A stretch of 17,188 nt of DNA from Candidatus Micrarchaeaceae archaeon (GCA_038877255.1 JAVYWZ010000016.1:1-17188); one strand, 5' to 3'; shown: positions 7,546-16,337, counted from the stretch's first letter. Translations and numbers: made by a program. Notes: generated by a model not told the origin, from the sequence alone.

Positions 7546-9074
7546 ATTGCACCCGATTTTAGCTTGTCAAACAGGTCCTGCGTGAACTTGGTGTTGCTGT
7601 TTGCAAAATCCACTATGCGCTCTTTGTTGCTGTAATAGGCAGAGATTATATATCCACAGGTGTCCACATCAGTAATGTTGTTATTTGTCATCCACGACAG
7701 AACTTTGGCCTTTTCCTTTATGTCGTTTTCAATCTCGCTCTGCGTGTAACCCGAATAAAGCGAGAGCACATCTGCAAGCCTAGACATAGCTGAAATTTTA
7801 GGAAAGACATCATTGCGCATATCCCAGCGGTATATTACATTTGCATCGCCGCTTCCGAGCATTTCTGCGAATTCTAGAACGCGCCTTATGCCGAGCCTTC
7901 TGTGCCTGAAAAGCACAACTATGCCACCAAATGCATTCAGCATTATTTTTGGCAGGTTTATAGGCGGATTAGACATGCGCACTATAGTATCTTGCGCATT
8001 ATCCGCATGGATGGTGCCGTATACAGCATGGCCTGTGTGTATTGCCTCGAAGAGCGTCTCGGCGTCTTTCTCAGTTCTTACCTCACCCACAAGCAGGAAA
8101 TCCGGCCTCTGCCTGAGTGCGTTTATCATAAGGTCATAAAGCGTCACTTCTCCTTTTCCTTCGGGGTTCGGCTGCCTTGTGAGCATGGGCACCCATTGCA
8201 GGAAAGAAGGCAGTGAAAGCTCCCTTGTTTCTTCTACAGATATTACTCTTCTGTTCATTGGAATGAAGATGCTCATCGCATTGAGGAAACTTGTCTTGCC
8301 GCTTGCTGTGCCGCCAGAGATGAGCATGCTCACCTCGTTCTGTATGTTAAGCCAAACATACGCGGCTATTTCAGGGGAGAGCGTGCCGTTTGCTATCATT
8401 GCCGGCATCGTCCACGGGTTCTTTCCGAACTTTCTTATTGTTATGGTGTTGCCAGTGTTTGATACAGGATAAAGGGTTGCGTTGACTCTTGATCCGTCAG
8501 GCAGCTCAGCGTCCATAAGCGGCGACAGGCTTGTTATCTGCCTTCCTACGCGCCTTCCTATCTGCTCTGAAATGTTGTATATTTCTTCCTCGTTTTCTAT
8601 GACAAGGTTTGTCTTGCACCAGCCGTACTTTTTATGGAATACCCATATTGGCTCTTTTGAGTTGTTTACTACAACCTCTTCAAGGTTATCATCAGCAAGA
8701 GGCAGCTCAAGGTCACCAAGCCCCAGCATCATGTTCAATATGTATGAAATCAGTATTTTTTTCTGCTCTGGTTGCACCGATGGCAGGTACTTATCAAGCA
8801 GCACAGATGAAGCCTGTATGTACTTGTTTGTCAGCTCGTCCATATATTCCTTGTCCTCTATGCGCGATGGGTCTATTGGGACCATTCCAAGAAGCTCTGA
8901 CCTCAGCGATAGAAGAAGTATGCGCGTGGCTTTGCCAAGGCCTGGCACTTCAACAGCGTAGCTTGGAACCGATCCACCAACGTCTTCAATGCTTACCTTT
9001 ACAGGCAAGCCGTGCGCATCAAGTTCATACTGCGCGTATATTTTTCTGTTTGCTTTCTCATCCTCTTCGGTCAT
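7542..9074 (-). CDS. Type II/IV secretion system ATPase (VirB11/TadA/CpaF family; archaeal pilus assembly ATPase)
   Basis: Walker A GGTASGKT, Asp box SVEETREL, Walker B ALRQRPDFLLVGEVR, His box HTGHAVYGTIHA, and DAELPDGSRVNAT/TITIRKF motifs. Confidence 0.95.
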   Translation of the reverse strand: MTEEDEKANRKIYAQYELDAHGLPVKVSIEDVGGSVPSYAVEVPGLGKATRILLLSLRSELLGMVPIDPSRIEDKEYMDELTNKYIQASSVLLDKYLPSVQPEQKKILISYILNMMLGLGDLELPLADDNLEEVVVNNSKEPIWVFHKKYGWCKTNLVIENEEEIYNISEQIGRRVGRQITSLSPLMDAELPDGSRVNATLYPVSNTGNTITIRKFGKNPWTMPAMIANGTLSPEIAAYVWLNIQNEVSMLISGGTASGKTSFLNAMSIFIPMNRRVISVEETRELSLPSFLQWVPMLTRQPNPEGKGEVTLYDLMINALRQRPDFLLVGEVRTEKDAETLFEAIHTGHAVYGTIHADNAQDTIVRMSNPPINLPKIMLNAFGGIVVLFRHRRLGIRRVLEFAEMLGSGDANVIYRWDMRNDVFPKISAMSRLADVLSLYSGYTQSEIENDIKEKAKVLSWMTNNNITDVDTCGYIISAYYSNKERIVDFANSNTKFTQDLFDKLKSGAI

Positions 9075-9083
9075 GACATCATG

Positions 9084-10307
9084 CTACTTGCCTCCAAGGC
9101 GTTTTGTCTTGTCGCTTATCTCATCACTTTTCTTTTTCAAGTTCTTTGAACGTGTTGCTATGCCTTTCAGCTTTGACTCTATCTCATTGAGCTCGCTGAC
9201 CTTCTTTCCTGTGCTTTCGTCTTTCAATGCGTTGAGCGATTCGAGCTGAAGCGAAAGCTGCTTGAGCTCGTTGGCAAGCTCGTTCTTCTCAGCTTCTGCG
9301 CTTACTATTCCTTTATTTATCTCATCGAGCATGTCGCTGAGCTTTGCTATTTCAGGGAACTTGCTTTTAATATCTAGAAGCGTTGCTGAGAGAGCGTCTG
9401 CTGCCTTCCTGGCTGCGCCGTAAATCGCCTGAGCCTGCTGCTCAGTTTTCGCAGCCTCGTCAATAAGACGCTTGGACTCCGAATCAATATTTCTCTTTAC
9501 CGATTGTGCCTCTTTTGAATAGTTTACCACTGCAGAATTGTAATCTGAAATTTCGTTCTTTAAGTGGCTTACAAACGAGTCAAGCAATTTTGCCTCTCTC
9601 CTTATATCCTCGTCAAGCTCCAGGAAGCGCTTGCGCTGCTCATTAAGCTGCTTTTCGAACGCCGCGTGCATCTCTTCAAGCTCGCGCATGCCCATGACTA
9701 TCTTTGCGTTCATGTCATCTACAAGGCGTTGAGCGTCTGCTGCGCCTGAGCCTTTTACAAGCGAGTCAAGCGCTGCCGCCTTCTCGTTAAGTGAGGCTAT
9801 TCCAGCATCAAGCTCTGATTTAAGCTTCGAAACGAATTCGACGCTTGAGCTTATATTGCCCTGCACCTTGTTAAGCTCATCATTATATGCGTTTATGTTA
9901 TCCATTACCTGCTTTATGTCTCCGGCACGCTCCTTATAAACACGGCTTACCTCACCAATGTATTTCTTGAACTGATCTATCTGCTCAGCAATATCGTTAA
10001 GCTGCCTTGTCTGCGCCACTATGTTATTTTCGACCACGCCCTGCCTTTCGACTACGCTGCTTCTTATTGCTGCTTCTTCTTCAGGAGTAGCGGCCGCCTT
10101 TGAAACATACATGCGGCCTACTTTGTAGCTTATGTGCACTATGTTTGACTTTTCTAGGACGTTTGCCCAAGTCTCAATTATAGGTTCAGTAACGTTTAAA
10201 TCCTTTGCAAGAGTAAGCGAATCTGTTTCACCATGATCTTCGAGATATTTGACTAGGTCATCTATGCTTGTAGTTACTGATTGCCCTGTTGAATGTTGGT
10301 CGGCCAT
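9084..10307 (-). CDS. Protein with N-terminal winged-helix-like domain and a long coiled coil
   Basis: N-terminal TSIDDLVKYLEDHGETDSLTLAKDLNVTEPIIETWANVLEKSNIVHISY fits an HTH+wing pattern; the remaining ~320 aa are charged and heptad-rich; no Walker motifs. Confidence 0.75.
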   Translation of the reverse strand: MADQHSTGQSVTTSIDDLVKYLEDHGETDSLTLAKDLNVTEPIIETWANVLEKSNIVHISYKVGRMYVSKAAATPEEEAAIRSSVVERQGVVENNIVAQTRQLNDIAEQIDQFKKYIGEVSRVYKERAGDIKQVMDNINAYNDELNKVQGNISSSVEFVSKLKSELDAGIASLNEKAAALDSLVKGSGAADAQRLVDDMNAKIVMGMRELEEMHAAFEKQLNEQRKRFLELDEDIRREAKLLDSFVSHLKNEISDYNSAVVNYSKEAQSVKRNIDSESKRLIDEAAKTEQQAQAIYGAARKAADALSATLLDIKSKFPEIAKLSDMLDEINKGIVSAEAEKNELANELKQLSLQLESLNALKDESTGKKVSELNEIESKLKGIATRSKNLKKKSDEISDKTKRLGGK

Positions 10308-10329
10308 CAGGATAAATTAGATTAAAAAG

Positions 10330-10345
10330 TTTATTATGCTTTCGC
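10330..10345 (-). promoter_or_regulatory. Putative BRE/TATA promoter of the pilus operon
   Basis: The - strand reads GCGAAAGC-ATAATAAA, with the AT box ~23-30 nt upstream of ATG 10307, consistent with a leaderless archaeal transcript. Confidence 0.35.
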
Positions 10346-10359
10346 AATGCCGCAGCGTA

Positions 10360-11082
10360 TCAGTATTTCGACACTATGTACGACGCGATTTCGTCGCCTA
10401 TCGCGGCCTCTGGAAGTATTATGCGCCTAGCGCCTGCGCGCTCCAGCTTTGGTATGTCATCTATACGCCTCGCCCTCGAGATCACGCTGCATCTATCATT
10501 TTCGCTCTTTGCAGCGATTGCTATAAAGACGTTTTTAATGTCTTCTTCATAAAGAGAAAAAAGAGTAAAGGCATTGTTTATCTTGGCTTCGCGCAAGGTA
10601 GCGCTTTCAGAGGCATCACCCGCTATCGCTATGTTGCCTGAGTGTATTGCTTGCCTTACCTTCTGTCTGTCATAGTCCACAAGCACATAATCAATTCCAT
10701 TCTCTGAAAGGCGCTTTGCAAGTTCAAGGCTCATGCCATTTATTGGCGTTATTATAACATGCTCGCGCAGGCGCTTCGCCCTCTGCTTTGCCAGCCATTC
10801 TGAAATGCTCTTGTTGCTAAGCACCTGGTAGAAAATCGATGTAAAAAGAATAGTAAGCACTATGCTTCCTATTATGCCAACTACCAGAGAGTAGAATACG
10901 AAGGGGTTTGCCGCATCTATGAGCTTCGGCGAAGGCGGAAACGTTGCGCCTATAATATTTACAAAGCCGAAGATCAATGCATATGCAGCGTTGTGCACGG
11001 CGAAATAGGCAAACAAGGCAGAAATGGCAAACAGCGATAGCAGAATAAGAACAGAAAGCATATGCACTATTCTGAGTCTCAC
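10360..11082 (-). CDS. Two-TM K+-channel-like membrane protein with C-terminal TrkA-N/RCK domain, lacking the GYG filter
   Basis: TM1, a pore-like segment (YALIFGFVNIIGATFPP) and TM2, then an RCK fold (EHVII, YVLVDYD, GDASESATLREAKI, ISRAR...LERAGARRIILPE). GxGxxG is replaced by TPINGMS. Confidence 0.8.
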   Translation of the reverse strand: MRLRIVHMLSVLILLSLFAISALFAYFAVHNAAYALIFGFVNIIGATFPPSPKLIDAANPFVFYSLVVGIIGSIVLTILFTSIFYQVLSNKSISEWLAKQRAKRLREHVIITPINGMSLELAKRLSENGIDYVLVDYDRQKVRQAIHSGNIAIAGDASESATLREAKINNAFTLFSLYEEDIKNVFIAIAAKSENDRCSVISRARRIDDIPKLERAGARRIILPEAAIGDEIASYIVSKY

Positions 11083-11876
11083 TGAACCATGCCTCTTATG
11101 CTTTTCCTTATGAACTCGCCTATCTCTAGGCCAGCTAAGTGCTCTGGTATTACTGCCATATCTGCTCCTGCTATGTAGATCTTCTTCCTTGTGTGCTCGT
11201 CCTTCAGCCTTGAAACAATCTTTATATTAGGGTTAAGTTTCTTTGCCACAAGCGTACCAAGTGCGTTGTCGGCATCGTCTTCGGAAGCAAACACAATCGC
11301 CTTCGCCTTGCCTATGTTTGCACGCAGGAGCGAACGCTCGTCAGTGAAATCAAGAGCAAGATTGACTGTGTGCTTTGCATTGAGCTCGTTGTTTATCTCG
11401 GCTTGCTGAATAATCACAAGAGATTTTACCTTCTTTGAGGCAAGGCGCTCAATCAGTTGTTCTGCGAGCTCGTTGTAGCCGCAAATAATAACATGATTTT
11501 TCAGCAACTTTGCTCTTGTCTCGTTGATCAGCTCTTCTATGTTGGCAGAGCCCAATAGGTCTATTACCGCAGCTAGTATAAAGCTCGTTACAAGTATGCG
11601 GCTTAGGTTGTCAATGACTACAACTATAAAGATTATGCTGAATATCATTGTTCCAGAAGAAAAAGCGATAGTTGCCAGAGCAGATGATGCTGCAGTGTTT
11701 TGTGCATCGAAGAATGCGTCGAGAACAAAATAGGAGTCAAGATATGTATTCTTTGTGATAAACAAAAGAGCAAAAAAAGATATGAGCAAGATTGCAACTA
11801 CTATGAGTACTGAAAGAACCATTATGTTGAATGTGTCAGTGCCAAAGGCAACAGCACTTTTTTTCTCAGAATACAT
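11079..11876 (-). CDS. Two-TM K+-channel-like membrane protein with C-terminal TrkA-N/RCK domain, lacking the GYG filter
   Basis: TM1, a pore-helix-like segment (YLDSYFVLDAFFDAQN) and TM2, then RCK (KNHVIICGYNELAE, DFTDERSLLRANI, DDADN...AKKLNPNIKIVSR, AGADMAVIPE). ATGA overlap with the downstream gene. Confidence 0.8.
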   Translation of the reverse strand: MYSEKKSAVAFGTDTFNIMVLSVLIVVAILLISFFALLFITKNTYLDSYFVLDAFFDAQNTAASSALATIAFSSGTMIFSIIFIVVVIDNLSRILVTSFILAAVIDLLGSANIEELINETRAKLLKNHVIICGYNELAEQLIERLASKKVKSLVIIQQAEINNELNAKHTVNLALDFTDERSLLRANIGKAKAIVFASEDDADNALGTLVAKKLNPNIKIVSRLKDEHTRKKIYIAGADMAVIPEHLAGLEIGEFIRKSIRGMVQ

Positions 11877-12302
11877 TTACATGCCCTTTGTAAGCTCTCT
11901 AAACAGCTCTTCGCTCGCTGACTTGTTTGGCGTAGCTATGAATCCTGCGCCTGCCTCTTTGAGCTTGTTCCTGACAAGCTCTGTGTTTGCCCTTGTTGCA
12001 ATAATTATTTTACTGTTCAGACTTTTTGCTGTTATAAGTATGAATAGATTCTTTGCATCGTCGTCTGTGGCGATTGCAATCGCTTTGGCACGCTCTATTC
12101 CTGCTTCTTTCAGCACCTTTGAGTATGTGGCGTCGCCAAAAACAACGTTAATGCCTTTCTCTTTAAGGGTGTCCGCCTTGACCTTGTCCATTTCTATCAC
12201 TACAAAGTTTATGCCGGATTGCTGAAGCAACTCTACAATCTTCTCGCCTACTAAGCCGTAGCCGCAAACGATGACATGGTTGCTGAGCTGCTGTAATGCC
12301 AT
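11877..12302 (-). CDS. Stand-alone soluble TrkA-N/RCK (KtrA/TrkA-like) nucleotide-binding protein, 141 aa
   Basis: Intact GxGxxG (HVIVCGYGLVG), FVVIE, GDAT...LKEAGIERA, DDAKNL...AKSLN...IIATRA. Start moved from the ORF-track 12443 to ATG 12302, which has a TATA-like box at the expected distance. Confidence 0.9.
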   Translation of the reverse strand: MALQQLSNHVIVCGYGLVGEKIVELLQQSGINFVVIEMDKVKADTLKEKGINVVFGDATYSKVLKEAGIERAKAIAIATDDDAKNLFILITAKSLNSKIIIATRANTELVRNKLKEAGAGFIATPNKSASEELFRELTKGM

Positions 12303-12323
12303 GCTTAGATATGAATAAACAAG

Positions 12324-12338
12324 CATAAAAAGATTATT
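12324..12338 (-). promoter_or_regulatory. Putative TATA box for the RCK cluster
   Basis: The - strand reads AATAATC-TTTTTATG, with the T/A box at -29..-22 from ATG 12302. Confidence 0.5.
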
Positions 12339-12432
12339 AATGAAGTTGCGCGGAAGCAACACGCACATAGCACATAAATGACAAAGCAAAATGCCGAACG
12401 AACGCAGAGCATAAGAAGTGTTGTTTAGAAAT

Positions 12433-12461
12433 TGTGCCTGCACTAGATAGCTTCAGGCACA
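12433..12461 (-). terminator. Stem-loop just after the ABC permease stop (possible terminator or 3' stabiliser)
   Basis: TGTGCCTG-13 nt-CAGGCACA, a perfect 8-bp inverted repeat 17 nt past the stop at 12479. Confidence 0.4.
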
Positions 12462-12478
12462 GCAGAGTCAGATATGCG

Positions 12479-13774
12479 CTATTCTGACCTTAATGCCGCT
12501 ATGGGGTCTATGGTTGAAGCCTTCCATGCAGGGTAGATGCTTGCTACCACGCTTACAATTATGGCTATGGCCAGCGAAGCTATTATCACTGTCGGACTTA
12601 TCACTGGGGTAAAGGAAAGAGAGGAAAGGGAGCTTGATGACGGGCCTGCTGCAACTGCCCCTGGCCCGCCTGCGTAGAAGCTGCCACCCGCATGGCCAGA
12701 TGCTACAGTAGGCGTTACAGACGTGCTTGCTCTGGATCCAACACCAAGCAGACTTGGCAGTGCAAAGGAAACTGCTGAACCTGCGGCTATGCCTATGACG
12801 CCGCCGGCAAGGCCTATTATGACAGCTTCGGAAAGGAAGAGCATCATCACATCGCCCTTCTTGAAGCCTATTGACTTAAGTATGCCTATCTCGTGAGTGC
12901 GCTCAGCTACAGAAACCATCATTATGCTCAGTATGCTTATTCCTGCGACAAGCAGTGAAATTCCGGCAATGCCGCCAAGCAAAAGTCCCAATGAGCCTAC
13001 TATTGACGAAACAGTAGCGGCCATTTCCTGCACAGAGATTATTCTTGCATTGCTGCCATATATGTCTGTGAGCAGGGTATCAAGCGAATTGACGACGCTT
13101 GTGTTCTTTGCCTTTACAAGGAGTGCGCTGTATGAATACTTGCTCGTAAGACTCTCAGCAGCCTGCAACGAAATAAATATAGAAGAGTCTGGAGAAACGA
13201 AAGCAGACGAGCCGTATCTGTCAAGTATGCCCACAGGCACGAGGGTGATAGTTTTGCTCGTTCCAAACATGCGTGCAGTCAGATATATGGGCTGGTCGAC
13301 GCGCACATACTGCTGCGATCCTGAATTCGGGAATGCGACGTCGTATCCTACCAATGCGTAAGGCATGTCTGTGTTGTTGTATGCTGCACCGGCATAGACA
13401 TTTATGCTGCCGATGGCCTCTGCAAGGCTATAGTTTGCAATGCCGTAAACTGTCACTGTTGTCGAGGTTCCTGCTTCTGACATATTTCCGCTGAATGAGA
13501 CTATTGGCGTGACGTTTGAGACATACGGCAGCGAGTCTATCTCTGCTATGTCTGCATCGGTCAGTATGAGTTGCCCGGCTGGTAGCATGTAAAGAGTAGT
13601 AGGCCCTGTCGATTCGAGGGCATTTGATATGCTAGCTGATATGCCTGAAACCAAAGATATCAGCGCCACTATTGCCGATATGCCTATGACTATGGTAAGT
13701 ATGGTGAGCGCGGTCCTAAGCCTGCGCTCCGCAATCCCCTTTATGCCGAGCGAGAAGAGATCCTTTATCTTCAC
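12479..13774 (-). CDS. ABC transporter permease, MacB/FtsX (LolE-like) family
   Basis: RRLRTALTILTIVIGISAIVAL TM1, large extracellular domain, IAGISLLVAGISILSIMMVSVAERTHEIGILKSIG, and YPAWKASTIDPIAALRSE C-terminus; GTGA overlap with the upstream gene. Confidence 0.95.
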   Translation of the reverse strand: MKIKDLFSLGIKGIAERRLRTALTILTIVIGISAIVALISLVSGISASISNALESTGPTTLYMLPAGQLILTDADIAEIDSLPYVSNVTPIVSFSGNMSEAGTSTTVTVYGIANYSLAEAIGSINVYAGAAYNNTDMPYALVGYDVAFPNSGSQQYVRVDQPIYLTARMFGTSKTITLVPVGILDRYGSSAFVSPDSSIFISLQAAESLTSKYSYSALLVKAKNTSVVNSLDTLLTDIYGSNARIISVQEMAATVSSIVGSLGLLLGGIAGISLLVAGISILSIMMVSVAERTHEIGILKSIGFKKGDVMMLFLSEAVIIGLAGGVIGIAAGSAVSFALPSLLGVGSRASTSVTPTVASGHAGGSFYAGGPGAVAAGPSSSSLSSLSFTPVISPTVIIASLAIAIIVSVVASIYPAWKASTIDPIAALRSE

Positions 13775-15423
13775 TTGCGCACCTTGTGCTTCCTTTTTGC
13801 GTAGGCATAGTATGCCACTATGGCAACTACAACAACAATTATTATAGCTATAATAGCCAACGCACTGCCTGAGGACGACTTCCTAACGGGATAGCTGCCA
13901 GTGCCTGTTGTGACATGTGCGCCGCTTCCAGCACCGCCATATGCTGTGGCGTTGCCGCTGCCTACGTCAACGCTGAAAACGAAGCTTGCATTGAGAGGCT
14001 GGTTGAGATTGTTCAGATATGATATCTTTACAGGTATATCATAAATGCCCGGCTTTGCAGACGGCAAAGGCATGAATGTGAGCGTGAATGCTGTAGGCGT
14101 ATCAATAGGTATTGTGCCTATGAAAGAGGTATTCTCGCCAACTATGCTTATGCCCTTTGGTGGATATGAGGTAATGCTTGCAGCAACTGCAGATTCTGAC
14201 CCTATGTTGTCTATAGTAGAAGTAAGCGTGAATATCTCTCCTGCAATGGGCTTTGCAGGCAGTATTGACGTGCTCACGTCTGTAAGATTTATATAGCCCG
14301 GAGTGAGAAAAGCCATGCTGTATGTCGAGGTCTGCACCTGGCCGTTGAGCGTATATGTAAGCGACGCACCTAGAGTGTCGACATCAGAGCTTGACGATGC
14401 CTGGGAATAAAAGCTTGCAGGCAGCTCAACCTTTGAATTGGCAGGTATGAAATTGAGCACATAGCTGCTTTTGCCTATCAGGTCGAGCGGAGACTGCGGA
14501 CTCAGAGTCAGCGATATGTTGTACAGGGGCATATTTCCGCCGTTTGATATTATGATGCTGTCGTTCCACAGCTTTCCTGCGACTATAGTCAGGCTTGATG
14601 GGTATACAGAAACGTTCTGCTGCAGCGGAGAAGTGTACATGCCAATGCTTGTGCTCGTGCTAGTGTTGACGCCGTACGGGCTTATGTAGTTCGAATCAAG
14701 CGTAAGCGTCAGCGGAGCACTGCCACTGCTCGGCGCTAGATAAAGCAGGGCACTTATATTTTGGCTGGTTCCAGGATAAAGCATGCCGACTTTGCCTGGC
14801 TGGCGCAGCACGCTGAACCCCGAAGAGGGCTCTATGTAAGTCGAGACGCCTGAAACAGCGCCACTGCCCGTGTTTGCCAATTTAATTGTTAAGTTGTTGA
14901 GCCCCGGATAAAGCACGCTCTTTTCAGGTGTATAAGTTATGTTTGGCAGGCCGTGCATTGGTATTTCAACATTGACAACCTGGTTGTTCCTGGTAGTACT
15001 GTTGGTGTAGTTATAGTATATGTAAAGGGAATAGCTGCTTGTCGCATTCGGCCCAGCAGAGACATTCTTGGCGACATTCAGATAGAACACCATGTCGAAC
15101 ATTTCTGATGGAGCGATCTGATTCAGATAATCAGTGGCATAGGCAGAGCCGTTGAAATTAGAATAACCCCCGTAAAGCTGCAACTGCCCTTCCACATTTG
15201 TTATACTACATATTGTGCCTGTGATAGTAGGGAAGCTTTCGAGCTGCACAGTCAGCGGCACGTCAGTGCTCCCTGGCCCTACTGAAATCATGTGCGTTGA
15301 ATTGCCCCACATGGCATTAAGCACCTTGAAGCTTATGCCGGATGTGGAGCACGATGACGCGCCTGCAATGCCTATCTGCAGCAGGCCAAATATTATCAAG
15401 ACCGCATATATGCCAATTTTCAT
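13771..15423 (-). CDS. COG1361-like (S-layer domain/CARDB Ig-like repeat) membrane-anchored surface glycoprotein
   Basis: Signal peptide; repeated Ig-like units (LTIKLANTGSG, IIISNGGN, TSTIDNIGSE; PGIYDIPVKISY); many sequons; C-terminal TM plus basic tail (KRKHKVRK). Lies between ABC ATPase and permease, a known archaeal arrangement. Confidence 0.8.
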   Translation of the reverse strand: MKIGIYAVLIIFGLLQIGIAGASSCSTSGISFKVLNAMWGNSTHMISVGPGSTDVPLTVQLESFPTITGTICSITNVEGQLQLYGGYSNFNGSAYATDYLNQIAPSEMFDMVFYLNVAKNVSAGPNATSSYSLYIYYNYTNSTTRNNQVVNVEIPMHGLPNITYTPEKSVLYPGLNNLTIKLANTGSGAVSGVSTYIEPSSGFSVLRQPGKVGMLYPGTSQNISALLYLAPSSGSAPLTLTLDSNYISPYGVNTSTSTSIGMYTSPLQQNVSVYPSSLTIVAGKLWNDSIIISNGGNMPLYNISLTLSPQSPLDLIGKSSYVLNFIPANSKVELPASFYSQASSSSDVDTLGASLTYTLNGQVQTSTYSMAFLTPGYINLTDVSTSILPAKPIAGEIFTLTSTIDNIGSESAVAASITSYPPKGISIVGENTSFIGTIPIDTPTAFTLTFMPLPSAKPGIYDIPVKISYLNNLNQPLNASFVFSVDVGSGNATAYGGAGSGAHVTTGTGSYPVRKSSSGSALAIIAIIIVVVVAIVAYYAYAKRKHKVRK

Positions 15424-15424
15424 A

Positions 15425-16120
15425 TTACTTTACCTCTTTTTCAACAAGGCCGTCCCTTATGTATACGCGCCTATCAGCAAGCTTAGCAAGATCCGGATCA
15501 TGAGTCGCCATCAATATTGTAGTGTTGTTCTCCTTACCAATCCTCATGAGCAGGTTCATTACCTCCTTAGACGTGGCAGAATCCAAGTTTCCTGTGGGCT
15601 CATCAGCAAGCAGTAACGGCGGGTTGTTTATTATGGCCCTGACAATGGCGACGCGCTGCTGCTCTCCGCCGCTCAGCTCCCTCGGCTTCTTCTCGAACTT
15701 GCCGCCCAAACCAACCTCATTAAGGCGCTGTGCAGCAAGCTCCTTGTGCTGCTCATCATCTGCTCCGTAAAGCATAAGCGGAAGCATCACGTTGTCAAGC
15801 ACATTAAGGTAGGGCACGAGATTATATGATTGGAAGACGAAGCCTATCTTCCTGTTCCTTATTTCTGAAAGCTGCCTGTCATTAAGCCGCGAAACCTCGG
15901 TGCCATCTATTAGGACCCTGCCTTTGGTCGGCCTATCCAACGTGCCAATGATGTCAAGCAACGTGGTCTTGCCACTTCCGGAAGGGCCGAGTACTGCAAC
16001 GAACTCGCCGCTTCTCACAGCAAGCGATATGTCTCTTATTGCCACATACTCTACCTCTTTAGACTTGTAAATCTTGCTTATATGCTCGACAAGTATTGGA
16101 TTTTTTGCTTTAGCGCTCAT
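15425..16120 (-). CDS. ABC transporter ATP-binding protein, LolD/MacB-like family
   Basis: Walker A GPSGSGKT, Q-loop IGFVFQSYNL, signature LSGGEQQR, Walker B/D-loop LLADEPTGNLD, H-loop ATHD. ATG 16120 has an SD-like GGTG; the ORF-track start is 16141. Confidence 0.95.
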   Translation of the reverse strand: MSAKAKNPILVEHISKIYKSKEVEYVAIRDISLAVRSGEFVAVLGPSGSGKTTLLDIIGTLDRPTKGRVLIDGTEVSRLNDRQLSEIRNRKIGFVFQSYNLVPYLNVLDNVMLPLMLYGADDEQHKELAAQRLNEVGLGGKFEKKPRELSGGEQQRVAIVRAIINNPPLLLADEPTGNLDSATSKEVMNLLMRIGKENNTTILMATHDPDLAKLADRRVYIRDGLVEKEVK

Positions 16121-16149
16121 TGCCACACCGGAACCAAACACTGCTTAGG

Positions 16150-16160
16150 TATTAAATTTA
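16150..16160 (-). promoter_or_regulatory. Putative TATA box of the ABC operon
   Basis: The - strand reads TAAATTTAATA, ~30-40 nt upstream of ATG 16120. Confidence 0.35.
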
Positions 16161-16337
16161 TGATATATGCTGTGTTAACAGCTTTAAAGATTGCCAAATC
16201 TTTCGCTTTTGCAGAAATAAAGGCATACTGCAAAAATTGGCTCGAAACTGACGGCTCTAAATGAAGGAGCCTGCATAAAGAGGTCAGGCTGCGGCAGGCT
16301 CTATTTTATTTTGCGTCATATATGGAATCCATAATCC

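Noticed and set aside
7542..9074. Archaellum (arlI/arlJ) assignment
   Set aside because: No arlH, arlF/G or archaellins nearby; two separate platform genes fit a pilus system better.
9084..10307. SMC/Rad50 or chemoreceptor call for the coiled-coil protein
   Set aside because: No Walker A/B, signature, hinge or zinc-hook motifs, and no MCP hairpin signature.
12303..12443. N-terminal extension of the 188-aa ORF-track RCK protein
   Set aside because: The extension spans an AT-rich promoter-like region; ATG 12302 starts right at the domain with a TATA box at the expected distance.
5409..15770. Numerous + strand ORFs of 60-160 aa (e.g. 7813..8139, 8482..8961, 11755..12225, 12897..13361)
   Set aside because: They are antisense shadows of well-supported - strand genes with no recognisable motifs.
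16082..16264. 60-aa + strand ORF
   Set aside because: Overlaps the ABC ATPase start and promoter; no supporting features.
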